A stretch of 64,000 bases of DNA from Eledone cirrhosa (taxonomy: Eukaryota), in assembly GCA_964016885.1 (NCBI GenBank), contig OZ024760.1, positions 1-64,000 on the forward strand. The letters are read 5' to 3'. Every line of letters starts with the position of its first letter. Within the stretch, counting starts at the first letter, position 1. This document shows, in pieces, positions 12,546 to 24,600 of this stretch. Under the pieces are notes generated by a model, which was not told the origin of the DNA, did no database searches, and saw only the letters and a program-made list of their open reading frames with translations. A program made the position numbers and the translations under genes.

Positions 12546-12601
12546 GGTACAGTATATGGAAGTTATATATTAGGTTAACGCTTGATATAGCAGGAAGAGG
12601 G

Positions 12602-12637
12602 TCTTAACGTTTCGGACGCTCGTCCTTCATCAGAAGA
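12602..12637 (-). ncRNA. Minimal Penelope-type hammerhead ribozyme motif, probably degenerate
   Basis: Minus strand TCTT-CTGATGA-A-GGACG-AG-CGTCC-GAAAC-GTT-AAGA; the cleavage triplet is non-optimal. Confidence 0.55.
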
Positions 12638-12757
12638 AAGAATGAGAAATAAAATAGATTGAGGGGACGGGCGGGATGGAATTGGAAAAAAATGTCTTCA
12701 GATAAAAATAACAGGTCCATTCATGTTGACATCTCTTGCAAAACTGTTGGTGCTGGC

Positions 12758-12822
<65 letters not shown>

Positions 12823-12860
12823 ATGATTAAACAAAGAAACAGTCCCTTATATTAAAAAAT

Positions 12861-12996
12861 TCATCATTTTACGATCGTTTCTAAGATATATATGTTAGTG
12901 TTGGTATGCATATCCTATAGATCTATGTAAAATTTTTACAAACTATCAGAGGGAATATACATACCTACACATATATATGCTGTCTTCAGAAATAAT
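12861..12996 (-). ncRNA. Type I hammerhead ribozyme with about 100-nt stem II (left arm, sense to host pre-mRNA)
   Basis: Reverse complement of 16215-16352; CTGAAGA at 12989-12983, GAAAC-GATC-GTA at 12881-12870. Confidence 0.7.
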
Positions 12997-13373
12997 TGTT
13001 TCTACTTTAGGCACAAGGCCAGCAATTACCCAGTACATTACTGGTACTTTATTTTATCGACCCCGTAAGGATGAAAGGCAAAGTTAACCTCGACGGGATT
13101 TGAACTCAGACCGTAAAGGGACGTAACTATGCTGGAAAGCATGGCGTCCGACTCTCTACCGATACTGCCAATCCACCGCTGTCTTCAGAAATAATTGTTT
13201 CTACTTTTGGCACAAGGCCAGTAATTACCCAGTGCATTACTGGTACTTTATTTTATCGACCCCGTAAGGATGAAAGGCAAAGTCAACCTCGGCGGGATTT
13301 GAACTCAGATCGTAAAGGGACGTAACTATGCTGGAAAGCATGGCGTCCGACCCTCTACTGATGCTGCCAATCC
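12997..13373 (-). mobile_element. Two tandem MetaSINE-like SINEs inserted in the left arm
   Basis: Absent from the right arm; GCTGTCTTCAGAAATAAT duplicated at 12979 and 13178. Confidence 0.85.
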
Positions 13374-14055
13374 TTGAAAAAAACCAACAAAGATTTAATA
13401 CAATAGGTCTGTTTGGGAACAGGTTTTGAATTGACCAATAGAAAGATAGTGAAGGTCAAGATGGTAAAATAGTAGTAAAAGAACCTTAATTTATGGGTAG
13501 AGGAAGGTAGATTTCAGTTTTGGATGGAAAGAGTATTATGAATGAAAGATTATTTTAGGGATGAAAATAGGTCATATGCTGTCTTCAGAAATAATTATAT
13601 TTGTTCATTGAATAAAACCAACAAAGATTTAATATAATAGGTCTGTTTGGGAACAGGTTTTGAATTGACCAATAGAAAGGTAATAACTGGCTAAATGGTA
13701 AAATAGTAGTAATGGAAGTTTAATTTAGGGGTAGAGGAAGGCAGATTTCAGTTTTGAATGGAAGGAGTATGAAGAATGAAAAGGTTATTCTAGGGGTGAA
13801 AATAGGTCAGGTCGGTAAAAGGTACACGAAAAATTGCTGTTATAAAAGAATAATGCCAATGTAAATATCTAAGGAGACTAAAATTTTACGATAAATGTGT
13901 TCGTGAAAAAAATATATATGGAATTTACATCTATGAAAATAAAATAAATTAAATTGATAGGTATATTTATATTGATAAAATTATATTAATGCATATAGAT
14001 ATGATAAATAAGAGTTAGATGTAATTGAAGAGTGCTGTTAAAGACGAGGGGAAAT

Positions 14056-14110
<55 letters not shown>

Positions 14111-14182
14111 CGAAGGAAATGTGGTAAGGAACCAGGTGGACCATAACGCACCAAAGTACTCAATACTTAGGGTAGTAGAGTA

Positions 14183-14237
<55 letters not shown>

Positions 14238-14473
14238 TTGGGGGGCGGGTTTAAATTTATTAGTGAGAAATAACAAATATATAGAGATTACAAGGAACAT
14301 AGAATTATAACCCGAAATTAAAACAGTATATATGTATACTTAATGGTATCAATTTTAGGAAAAGATAGTTGTAAAAAGGAAAATAAAATTATGTAGTTCA
14401 TTAGTAGTAGAATATTAATTATAGGTTAACTAAATTAAAAAAAGTGTTATTATAATAATTTCTAAAATGTATA

Positions 14474-15200
14474 TTAATTAGGTTTATAATATTTAAAGGT
14501 TTTTCTCAGTTTATGATTACACGATATTATTAATACCTGTCGCTTATTTAATAGGATATCCTCAGATTTCATTATTTAAAAAAGTTCTTGGGAACACAAT
14601 CTACATTCATATCTATTATTTTGATAAGGGGTGGCCCTTTTGAGCACACTCCAGGTCAGGTCATAATCTATATTCCTCTTTCTATAATTATTAATTATTT
14701 CAGCTAGAGATGTTGTATTAGCTAATGCGGCATTTTTAAAACTGTGTTTGTGGGTATTAAATCTTACTTTAAATTGGTTAGAGGTAGCTCCTATATATGA
14801 ATAAATTGAGTCCTTAGTGTTAACTTTACATTTATATACTATGTTATTTACAAGGCAATTTCCTTTTAATGGGCAATTTGCTTTGTTTCTACAGTTACAA
14901 CTTTTCGTGAATCCTGTATCAGAGGAGATATTATGGTTAGTTTGATGTATTGGTGGTATACTCATGGTTTTTTTTACATTTATATGCATTAAAGGCACTT
15001 ATATTTTGTTTTTGGTTGTTGAGTAGGAGAATTTAACCGTTGATCTATTTAAAATTTGATGGTATTTGTAGTTTGGCGGGAAGTTCTTCTCTAGGATATT
15101 AAAAAATTTTTTAGGTATATTATCCTTAATTTGTAAATTAAATGGAGCATTATACCAAGTAACTCGTCTATTACGGTTTCGATGTTGTTTATTATTTTTA
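14474..15200 (-). pseudogene. Disrupted PLE linker plus GIY-YIG endonuclease
   Basis: RRVTWYNAPF..FNILEKNFP..LNRSTVKFSYS; CNCRNKANC (CxCx5C); IVY..YIG.T..FK.R..HK.SF; CRLC; LLNKR..CNH. TAA stops and frameshifts near 15000 and 14577. Confidence 0.88.
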
Positions 15201-16214
15201 TAAGATGTATCCTGATGTTTATTAAGAGAATTATTGTTAATGATTTCACCACACACATTTTTAGGTGTTTTAGCTTGTTTATTAGGAGTTTTATTATTAA
15301 CATTTATTAGAGTTGTAGGATGAGTAGTTTTTTGAGAGTTACTATATTGTATATTAGAAGAGTTAGAGAAATTTGGTTTTATGTTGGTATTTTTGGGTAT
15401 AGTGTGAGTGGCATTTAGGTGTGCATGTTTCATTTGGTGTTTGTTGGTAATATTAGGTTGTATGTTTGTAGTGTTATTGGTATATATACTAATTTATTTT
15501 TGTGGCCACTTTTTTTTAATTTCCCCTCGTCTTTAACAGCACTCTTCAATTACATCTAACCCTTATTTATCATATCTATATGCATTAATATAATTTTATC
15601 AATATAAATATACCTATCAATTTAATTAATTTATTTTATTTTCATAGATGTAAATTCCATATATATTTTTTTCACTAACACATTTATCGTAAAATTTTAG
15701 TCTCCTTAGATATTTACATTGGCATTATTCTTTTATAACAGCAATTTTTCGTGTACCTTTTACCGACCTGACCTATTTTCACCCCTAGAATAACCTTTTC
15801 ATTCTTCATACTCCTTCCATTCAAAACTGAAATCTGCCTTCCTCTACCCCTAAATTAAACTTCCATTACTACTATTTTACCATTTAGCCAGTTATTACCT
15901 TTCTATTGGTCAATTCAAAACCTGTTCCCAAACAGACCTATTATATTAAATCTTTGTTGGTTTTATTCAATGAACAAATATAATTATTTCTGAAGACAGC
16001 ATATGACCTATTTTCATCCCTAAAATAATCTTTCATTCATAATACTCTTTCCATCCAAAACTGAAATCTACCTTCCTCTACCCATAAATTAAGGTTCTTT
16101 TACTACTATTTTACCATCTTGACCTTCACTATCTTTCTATTGGTCAATTCAAAACCTGTTCCCAAACAGACCTATTGTATTAAATCTTTGTTGGTTTTTT
16201 TCAATAAACAAATA

Positions 16215-16352
16215 TCATTATTTCTGAAGACAGCATATATATGTGTAGGTATGTATATTCCCTCTGATAGTTTGTAAAAATTTTACATAGATCTATAGGA
16301 TATGCATACCAACACTAACATATATATCCTAGAAACGATCGTAAAATGATGA
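16215..16352 (+). ncRNA. Type I hammerhead ribozyme with about 100-nt stem II (right arm)
   Basis: Stem I TCATTATTT/AAATGATGA; CTGAAGA 16224-16230; GAAAC 16332-16336; palindromic stem III ACGATCGT; GUA triplet 16341-16343. Confidence 0.72.
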
Positions 16353-16770
16353 ATTTTTTAATATAAGGGACTGTTTCTTTGTTTATTCCTTATTTTTATT
16401 TATCTTGACTCTGTTTTCCGTTATTTCTCATTGAAAAAAAATTTTTTGAATACATCTTCTCTTTTCATGATATTCGGATTACATTGAGTTCTTCATACGG
16501 ATTGGACACTACCGTACATTTTGGTAGATTTATCTACATATATATATATATATATATAAGATGGCATAGTTTCTGTTAATCAAAATTTCTCTTATAATGT
16601 ATTAGTTTAATTGAAGCTACAGAAGAAGACATCAAAATACCAACACCAGACCACTTTTCATACTAATATAGACAACAGAAAACCAATGTCATACTAATAT
16701 AGACAACAGAAAACCAATGTCTTACTAATATAGACAAAGGAAAACCAATGTCATACCACTGTTGTACAAA

Positions 16771-17140
16771 TAATTGTTTCTGATATAGGCACAAGGCCAA
16801 CAATTTTTGGGGAAAGGGCAAGTCGATAAATCGACCCCAGTTTGTTACTGGTACTTTATTTTATTGACCCCCATAAGGATGAAAAGCCAAGTTAAACTCG
16901 GTGGGATTTGAACTCAGAACGTCAAGGGCCATAGCTCTATGCTGCAAAGCATGGTGTCTGATGCTCTAATGATACTGCCAATCCACCACAAATAATGATC
17001 TACTTTTTGGCACAAGGCCAGCAATTACATCAGTGTATTACTGGTGCTTTATTTTATTGATCCCGTAAGGATGCAAGGCAAAATTAACCTCGGCGGATTT
17101 GAACTCAGTACGTAAAGGGCCATAACTATGCTGCAAAGAC
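16771..17140 (-). mobile_element. Two older MetaSINE-like SINE copies
   Basis: TACTGGT(A/G)CTTTATTTTATTGA..TAAGGATG core present twice. Confidence 0.7.
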
Positions 17141-17211
17141 ACCACAATACTAACAGACATACCACTGTTCTCACACTAATACCAACCAGTAACATTGCTG
17201 GTATAACTTAC

Positions 17212-17381
17212 TCTGGCATTGCTCCCTCACATATTTAATGTCATCTAATGCAATATCACTGGTATGGAGGCTTCCACGGCTTGCAATGAAGTGGACTCTT
17301 AGAATAGTTTTGGTAGGTAAAGGCAAGCAGGCCTTCATCCAGTAATTTCCTTTGTCACCGCTTTTTGACCACTGTAGTTCT
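17212..17381 (-). CDS. Exon: MAM1 part 3 (ELQWSKSGDKGNYWMKACLPLP...DIALDDIKYVREQCQ)
   Basis: W..SG..G..W and DIALDDI MAM motifs; acceptor tcttgcag, donor GTAAGT; 170 nt, phase 2 to 1, matching exon 44109-44289. Confidence 0.92.
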
Positions 17382-17556
17382 CTGCAAGAGAAACAATAAG
17401 AGAAATCATCATCATCATCATCATCTCTATCCCCACTACCATCATCATCACTACCACCACCCTCATCATTGTATTTATTCATCACCACCACCACCACAGT
17501 TATTGTCATCACCACTTCCCACTAACACCACCACATCATCGTCATCATCATTATAC

Positions 17557-18367
17557 CATGGGTACCAGCTGAAGCTGAAGCATATAGACAATATGCCCCA
17601 TCCCCTCCCAATGCAAAGTGGTCGTTGAGGTGTCACGACAAAAAAGCACCCAGCCCACACTGTAAAGTGGACATGTAGGTGCCATGGCAAAAAAGCACCC
17701 AGCACTCACTGTAAAGTGGACATGTAGGTGCCATGGCAAAAAAGCACCCAGCACTCATTGTAAAGTGGACATGTAGGTGCCATGGCAAAAAAGCACCCAG
17801 CACTCACTGTAAAGTGGACATGTAGGTGCCATGGCAAAAAAGCACCCAGCACTCACTGTAAAGTGGACATGTAGGTGCCATGGCAAAAAAGCACCCAGCA
17901 CTCACTGTAAAGTGGACATGTAGGTGCCATGGCAAAAAAGCACCCAGCACTCACTGTAAAGTGGACATGTAGGTGCCATGGCAAAAAAGCACCCAGCACT
18001 CACTGTAAAGTGGACATGTAGGTGCCATGGCAAAAAAGCACCCAGCACTCACTGTAAAGTGGACATGTAGGTGCCATGGCAAAAAAGCACCCAGCACTCA
18101 CTGTAAAGTGGACATGTAGGTGCCATGGCAAAAAAGCACCCAGCACTCACTGTAAAGTGGACATGTAGGTGCCATGGCAAAAAAGCACCCAGCACTCACT
18201 GTAAATGAGGTTGGTGTTAGGAAGGGCATCCAATTGTAGAAATGAGCCAGAGTCTGTTCCCGTATGAGCAAGAAAAGGTCAGCTGACTGGGCATTGCCCA
18301 CAACAGGACAACCCGTCTAACCCATGCTAGCATGGAAAAATGGATGTAAAATGGTGATGATGATGAT
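17557..18367 (+). mobile_element. RTE-tailed short element with an internal 49-bp module amplified about 12 times
   Basis: Head and tail match 5505/9382; unit ACTCACTGTAAAGTGGACATGTAGGTGCCATGGCAAAAAAGCACCCAGC, period 49. Confidence 0.88.
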
Positions 18368-18369
18368 AC

Positions 18370-18645
18370 TCACTCCCCCTCACTAACATCACCATCACGA
18401 CCACCAACCCTCACTAACACCACCATCACCACAACCACCCCTCACTAACACCACCACCACCACAACCACAACTCACTAACATCACCACCACCCCTCACTA
18501 ACACCACCACCACCCATCACTAACAATACCACACACCACCACCCCTCACTAACACCACCACCACCCCTCACTAACACCACCACCACCCCTCACTAACAAT
18601 ACCACCACCACCACACCTCACTAATACCACCACCACCACCACCAT
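18370..18645. repeat. (CAC)n-rich repeat CCCCTCACTAACACCACCACCA
   Basis: Visible degenerate tandem array. Confidence 0.8.
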
Positions 18646-18679
18646 CTTTACATTCCACTCCATTATCTCTAAGACTTCT

Positions 18680-21600
18680 ACAAGATGCAGGCCCTCAGCC
18701 TGCTGAGTACTTGGTAGAGCACAAGATGCAGGCCCTTAGCCTGCTGAGTACTTGGTAGAGCACAAGATGCAGGCCCTCAGCCTGCTGAGTACTTGGTAGA
18801 GCACAAGATGCAGGCCCTCAGCCTGTCTGATTACTTGGTAGAGTACAAGATGCAGGCCCACAGCCTGCTGAGTACTTGGTAGAGCACAAGATGCAGGCCC
18901 TCAGCCTGTCTGATTACTTGGTAGAGCACAAGATGCAGGCCCTTAGCCTGCTAAGTACTTGGTAGAGCACAAGATGCGGGCCCTTAGCCTGCTGAGTACT
19001 TGGTAGAGCACAAGATGCAGGCCATTAGCCTGCTGAGTACTTGGTAGAGCACAAGATGCAGACCCTCAGCCTGTCTGAGTACTTGGTAGAGCACAGGATG
19101 CAGGCCCTCAGCCTGTCTGAGTACTTGGTAGAGCACAAGATGCAGGCCCTCAGCCTGTCTGAGTACTTGGTAGAGCACAAAATGCAGGCCCTCAGCCTGC
19201 TGAGTACATTGGTAGAGCACAAGATGCAGGCCCTCAGCCTGTCTGATTACTTGGTAGAGCACAAGATGCAGGCCCTCAGCCTGTCTGAGTACTTGGTAGA
19301 GCACAAGATGCAGACCCTCAGCCTGTCTGAGTACTTGGTAGAGCACAAGATGCAGACCCTCAGCCTGCTGAGTACTTGGTAGAGCACAAGATGCAAGTCC
19401 CAGCCTGTCTGAGTACTTGGTAGAGCACAAGATGCAGACCCTCAGCCTGCTGAGTACTTGGTAGAGCACAAGATGCAAGCCCCAGCCTGTCTGAGTACTT
19501 GGTAGAGCACAAGATGCAGACCCTCAGCCTGCTGAGTACTTGGTAGAGCACAAGATGCAAGCCCCAGCCTGTCTGAGTACTTGGTATAGCACAAGATGCA
19601 GGCCCTCAGCCTGTCTGAGTACTTGGTAGAGCACAAGATACAGGCCCTCAGCCTGTCTGAGTACTTGGTAGAGCACAAGATGCAGGCCCTCAGCCTGTCT
19701 GAGTACTTGGTAGAGCACAAGATGCAGGCCCTCAGCCTGTCTGAGTACTTGGTAGAGCACAAGATGCAGGCCCTCAGCCTGTCTGATTACTTGGTAGAGC
19801 ACAAGATGCAGGACCTCAGCCTGTCTGAGTACTTGGTAGAGCACAAGATGCAGGCCCTCAGCCTGTCTGAGTACTTGGTAGAGCACAAGATGCAGACCCT
19901 CAGCCTGCTGAGTACTTGGTAGAGCACAAGATGCAGGCCCTCAGCCTGTCTGAGTACTTGGTAGAGCACAAGATGCAGACCCTCAGCCTGTCTGAGTACT
20001 TGGTAGAGCACAAGATGCAGGCCCCCAGCCTGTCTGAGTGCTTGGTAGAGCACAAGATGCAGACCCTCAGCCTGCTGAGTACTTGGTAGAGCACAAAATG
20101 CAGGCCCTCAGCCTGTCTGATTACTTGGTAGAGCACAAGATGCAGGCCCTTAGCCTGCTGAGTACTTGGTAGAGCACAAGATGCAGGCCCTCAGCCTGTC
20201 TGAGTACTTGGTAGAGCACAAGATGCAGGCCCTCAGCCTGTCTGAGTACTTGGTAGAGCACAAGATGCAGGCCCTCAGCCTGTCTGAGTACTTGGTATAG
20301 CACAAGATGCATCCCCAGCCTGTCTGAGTACTTGGTAGAGCACAAGATGCAGGCCCTCAGCGTATGATTACTTGGTAGAGCACAAGATGCAGGCCCTCAG
20401 TCTGTCTAAGTACTTGGTAGAGCACAAGATGCAGGCCCTCAGCCTGTCTGAGTACTTGGTAGAGCACAAGATGCAGACTCTCAGCCTGTCTGATTACTTG
20501 GTAGAGTACAAGATGCAGACCCTCAGCCTGTCTGAGTACTTGGTAGAGCACAAGATGAAGGCCCTCAGCCTGTCTGAGTACTTGGTAGAGCACAAGATGC
20601 AGGCCCTTAGCCTGCTGAGTACTTGGTAGAGCACAAGATGCAGGCCCTCAGCCTGTCTGAGTACTTGGTAGAGCACAAGATGCAGGCCCTTAGCCTGCTG
20701 AGTACTTGGTAGAGCACAAGATGCAGGCCCTTAGCCTGCTGAGTACTTGGTAGAGCACAAGATGCAGGCCCTCAGCCTGTCTGAGTACTTGGTAGAGCAC
20801 AAGATGCAGGCCCTCAGCCTGTCTGATTACTTGGTAGAGCACAAGATGCAGACCCTCAGCCTGTCTGATTACTTGGTAGAGCACAAGATGCAGACCCTCA
20901 GCCTGTCTGAGTACTTGGTAGAGCACAAGATGCAGGCCCTCAGCCTGTCTGATTACTTGGTAGAGCACAAGATGCAGGCCCCCAGCCTGTCTGAGTACTT
21001 GGTAGAGCACAAGATGCAGGCCCTCAGCCTGTGTGAGTACTTGGTAGAGCACAAGATGCAGGCCCTTAGCCTGTCTGAGTACTTGGTAGAGCACAAGATG
21101 CAGGCCCTTAGCCTGTCTGAGTACTTGGTAGAGCACAAGATGCAGGCCCTTAGCCTGCTGAGTACTTGGTAGAGCACAAGATGCATGCCCTCAGCCTGTC
21201 TGAGTACTTGGTAGAGCACAAGATGCAGACCCTCATCCTGTCTAAGTACTTGGTAGAGCACAAGATGCAGACCCTCTGCCTGTCTGAGTACTTGGTAGAG
21301 CACAAGATGCAGGCCCTCAGCCTGTTTGAGTACTTGGTAGAGCACAAGATGCAGGCCCTCAGCCTGTCTGAGTACTTGGTAGAGCACAAGATGCAAGCCC
21401 CAGCCTGTCTGATTACTTGGTAGAGCACAAGATGCAGGCCCTCAGCCTGTCTGAGTAATTGGTATAGCACAAGATGCAGGCCCTCAGCCTGTCTGAGTAC
21501 TTGGTAGAGCACAAGATGCAGGCCCTCAGCCTGTCTGAGTACTTGGTAGAGCACAAGATGCAGGCCCTCAGCCTGTCTGAGTACTTGGTATAGCACAAGA

Positions 21601-24600
21601 TGCAATCCCCAGCCTGTCTGAGTACTTGGTAGAGCACAAGATGCAGGCCCTCAGCGTATGAGTACTTGGTAGAGCACAAGATGCAGGCCCTCAGCCTGTC
21701 TAAGTACTTGGTAGAGCACAAGATGCAGGCCCTCAGCCTGTCTGAGTACTTGGTAGAGCACAAGATGCAGACTCTCAGCCTGTCTGATTACTTGGTAGAG
21801 TACAAGATGCAGACCCTCAGCCTGTCTGAGTACTTGGTAGAGCACAAGATGCAGGCCCTCAGCCTGTCTGAGTACTTGGTAGAGCACAAGATGCAGGCCC
21901 TTAGCCTGCTGAGTACTTGGTAGAGCACAAGATGCAGGCCCTCAGCCTGTCTGAGTACTTGGTAGAGCACAAGATGCAGGCCCTTAGCCTGCTGAGTACT
22001 TGGTAGAGCACAAGATGCAGGCCCTTAGCCTGCTGAGTACTTGGTAGAGCACAAGATGCAGGCCCTCAGCCTGTCTGAGTACTTGGTAGAGCACAAGATG
22101 CAGGCCCTCAGCCTGTCTGATTACTTGGTAGAGCACAAGATGCAGACCCTCAGCCTGTCTGATTACTTGGTAGAGCACAAGATGCAGACCCTCAGCCTTT
22201 CTGAGTACTTGGTAGAGCACAAGATGCAGGCGCTCAGCCTGTCTGATTACTTGGTAGAGCACAAGATGCAGGCCCCCAGCCTGTCTGAGTACTTGGTAGA
22301 GCACAAGATGCAGCCCCTCAGCCTGTGTGAGTACTTGGTAGAGCACAAGATGCAGGCCCTTAGCCTGTCTGAGTACTTGGTAGAGCACAAGATGCAGGCC
22401 CTTAGCCTGTCTGAGTACTTGGTAGAGCACAAGATGCAGGCCCTCAGCCTGTCTGAGTACTTGGTAGAGCACAAGATGCAGGCCCTTAGCCTGCTGAGTA
22501 CTTGGTAGAGCACAAGATGCAGGCCCTCAGCCTGTCTGAGTACTTGGTAGAGCACAAGATGCATGCCCTCAGCCTGTCTGAGTACTTGGTAGAGCACAAG
22601 ATGCAGACCCTCATCCTGTCTAAGTACTTGGTAGAGCACAAGATGCAGACCCTCAGCCTGTCTGAGTACTTGGTAGAGCACAAGATGCAGGCCCTCAGCC
22701 TGTTTGAGTACTTGGTAGAGCACAAGATGCAGGCCCTCAGCCTGTCTGAGTACTTGGTATAGCACAAGATGCAGGCCCTCAGCCTGTCTGAGTACTTGGT
22801 AGAGCACAAGATGCAAGCCCCAGCCTGTCTGAGTACTTGGTAGAGCACAAGATGCAGGCCCTCAGCCTGTCTGAGTACTTGGTAGAGCACAAGATGCAGG
22901 CCCTCAGCCTGTCTGAGTACTTGGTAGAGCACAAGAGGCAGGCCCTTAGCCTGTCTGAGTACTTGGTAGAGCACAAGATGCAGGCCCTCAGCCTGTCTGA
23001 TTACTTGGTAGAGCACAAGATGCAGGCCCTCAGCCTGTCTGAGTACTTGGTATAGCACAAGATGCAGGCCCTCAGCCTGTCTGAGTACTTGGTAGAGCAC
23101 AAGATGCATGCCCTCAGCCTGTCTGAGTACTTGGTAGAGCACAAGATGCAGACCCTCAGCCTGTCTGAGTACTTGGTAGAGCACAAGATGCAGGCCCTCA
23201 GCCTGTCTGAGTACTTGGTAGAGCACAAGATGCAGACTCTCAGCCTGCTGAGTACTTGGTAGAGCACAAAATGCAGGCCCTCAGCCTGTCTGATTACTTG
23301 GTAGAGCACAAGATGCAGGCCCTTAGCCTGCTGAGTACTTGGTAGAGCACAAGATGCAGGCCCTCAGCCTGTCTGAGTACTTGGTAGAGCACAAGATGCA
23401 GGCCCTCCGCCTGTCTGAGTACTTGGTAGAGCACAAGATGCAGGCCCTCAGCCTGTCTGAGTACTTGGTATAGCACAAGATGCATCCCCAACCTGTCTGA
23501 GTACTTGGTAGAGCACAAGATGCAGGCCCTCAGCGTATGAGTACTTGGTAGAGCACAAGATGCAGGCCCTCAGTCTGTCTAAGTACTTGGTAGAGCACAA
23601 GATGCAGGCCCTCAGCCTGTCTGAGTACTTGGTAGAGCACAAGATGCAGACTCTCAGCCTGTCTGATTACTTGGTAGAGTACAAGATGCAGACCCTCAGC
23701 CTGTCTGAGTACTTGGTAGAGCACAAGATGAAGGCTCTCAGCCTGTCTGAGTACTTGGTAGAGCACAAGATGCAGGCCCTTAGCCTGCTGAGTACTTGGT
23801 AGAGCACAAGATGCAGGCCCTCAGCCTGTCTGAGTACTTGGTAGAGCACAAGATGCAGGCCCTTAGCCTGCTGAGTACTTGGTAGAGCACAAGATGCAGG
23901 CCCTTAGCCTGCTGAGTACTTGGTAGAGCACAAGATGCAGGCCCTCAGCCTGTCTGAGTACTTGGTAGAGCACAAGATGCAGGCCCTCAGCCTGTCTGAT
24001 TAGTTGGTAGAGCACAAGATGCAGACCCTCAGCCTGTCTGATTACTTGGTAGAGCACAAGATGCAGACCCTCAGCCTGTGTGAGTACTTGGTAGAGCACA
24101 AGATGCAGGCCCTCAGCCTGTCTGATTACTTGGTAGAGCACAAGATGCAGGCCCCCAGCCTGTCTGAGTACTTGGTAGAGCACAAGATGCAGGCCCTCAG
24201 CCTGTGTGAGTACTTGGTAGAGCACAAGATGCAGGCCCTTAGCCTGTCTGAGTACTTGGTAGAGCACAAGATGCAGGCCCTTAGCCTGTCTGAGTACTTG
24301 GTAGAGCACAAGATGCAGGCCCTTAGCCTGCTGAGTACTTGGTAGAGCACAAGATGCAGACTCTCAGCCTGTCTGATTACTTGGTAGAGTACAAGATGCA
24401 GACCCTCAGCCTGTCTGAGTACTTGGTAGAGCACAAGATGAAGGCTCTCAGCCTGTCTGAGTACTTGGTAGAGCACAAGATGCAGGCCCTTAGCCTGCTG
24501 AGTACTTGGTAGAGCACAAGATGCAGGCCCTCAGCCTGTCTGAGTACTTGGTAGAGCACAAGATGCAGGCCCTTAGCCTGCTGAGTACTTGGTAGAGCAC

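Larger units (their letters stand above)
12811..16540 (-). mobile_element. Penelope-like element (Naiad-type), 5'-truncated, with inverted pseudo-LTR
   Basis: GIY-YIG pseudogene in the centre; 12811-14063 and 15510-16403 are inverted copies, each with a hammerhead. Confidence 0.85.

Noticed and set aside
14474-15200. Selenocysteine recoding as described for some Naiad elements
   Set aside because: The interrupting stops are TAA, not TGA, they are not at Cys positions, and the conserved Cys codons are intact.
15985-16010. Third hammerhead in the PLE arm (CTGAAGACAGCATAT)
   Set aside because: Partial internal duplication of about 235 bp that lacks the stem II 3' side and the GAAA core.
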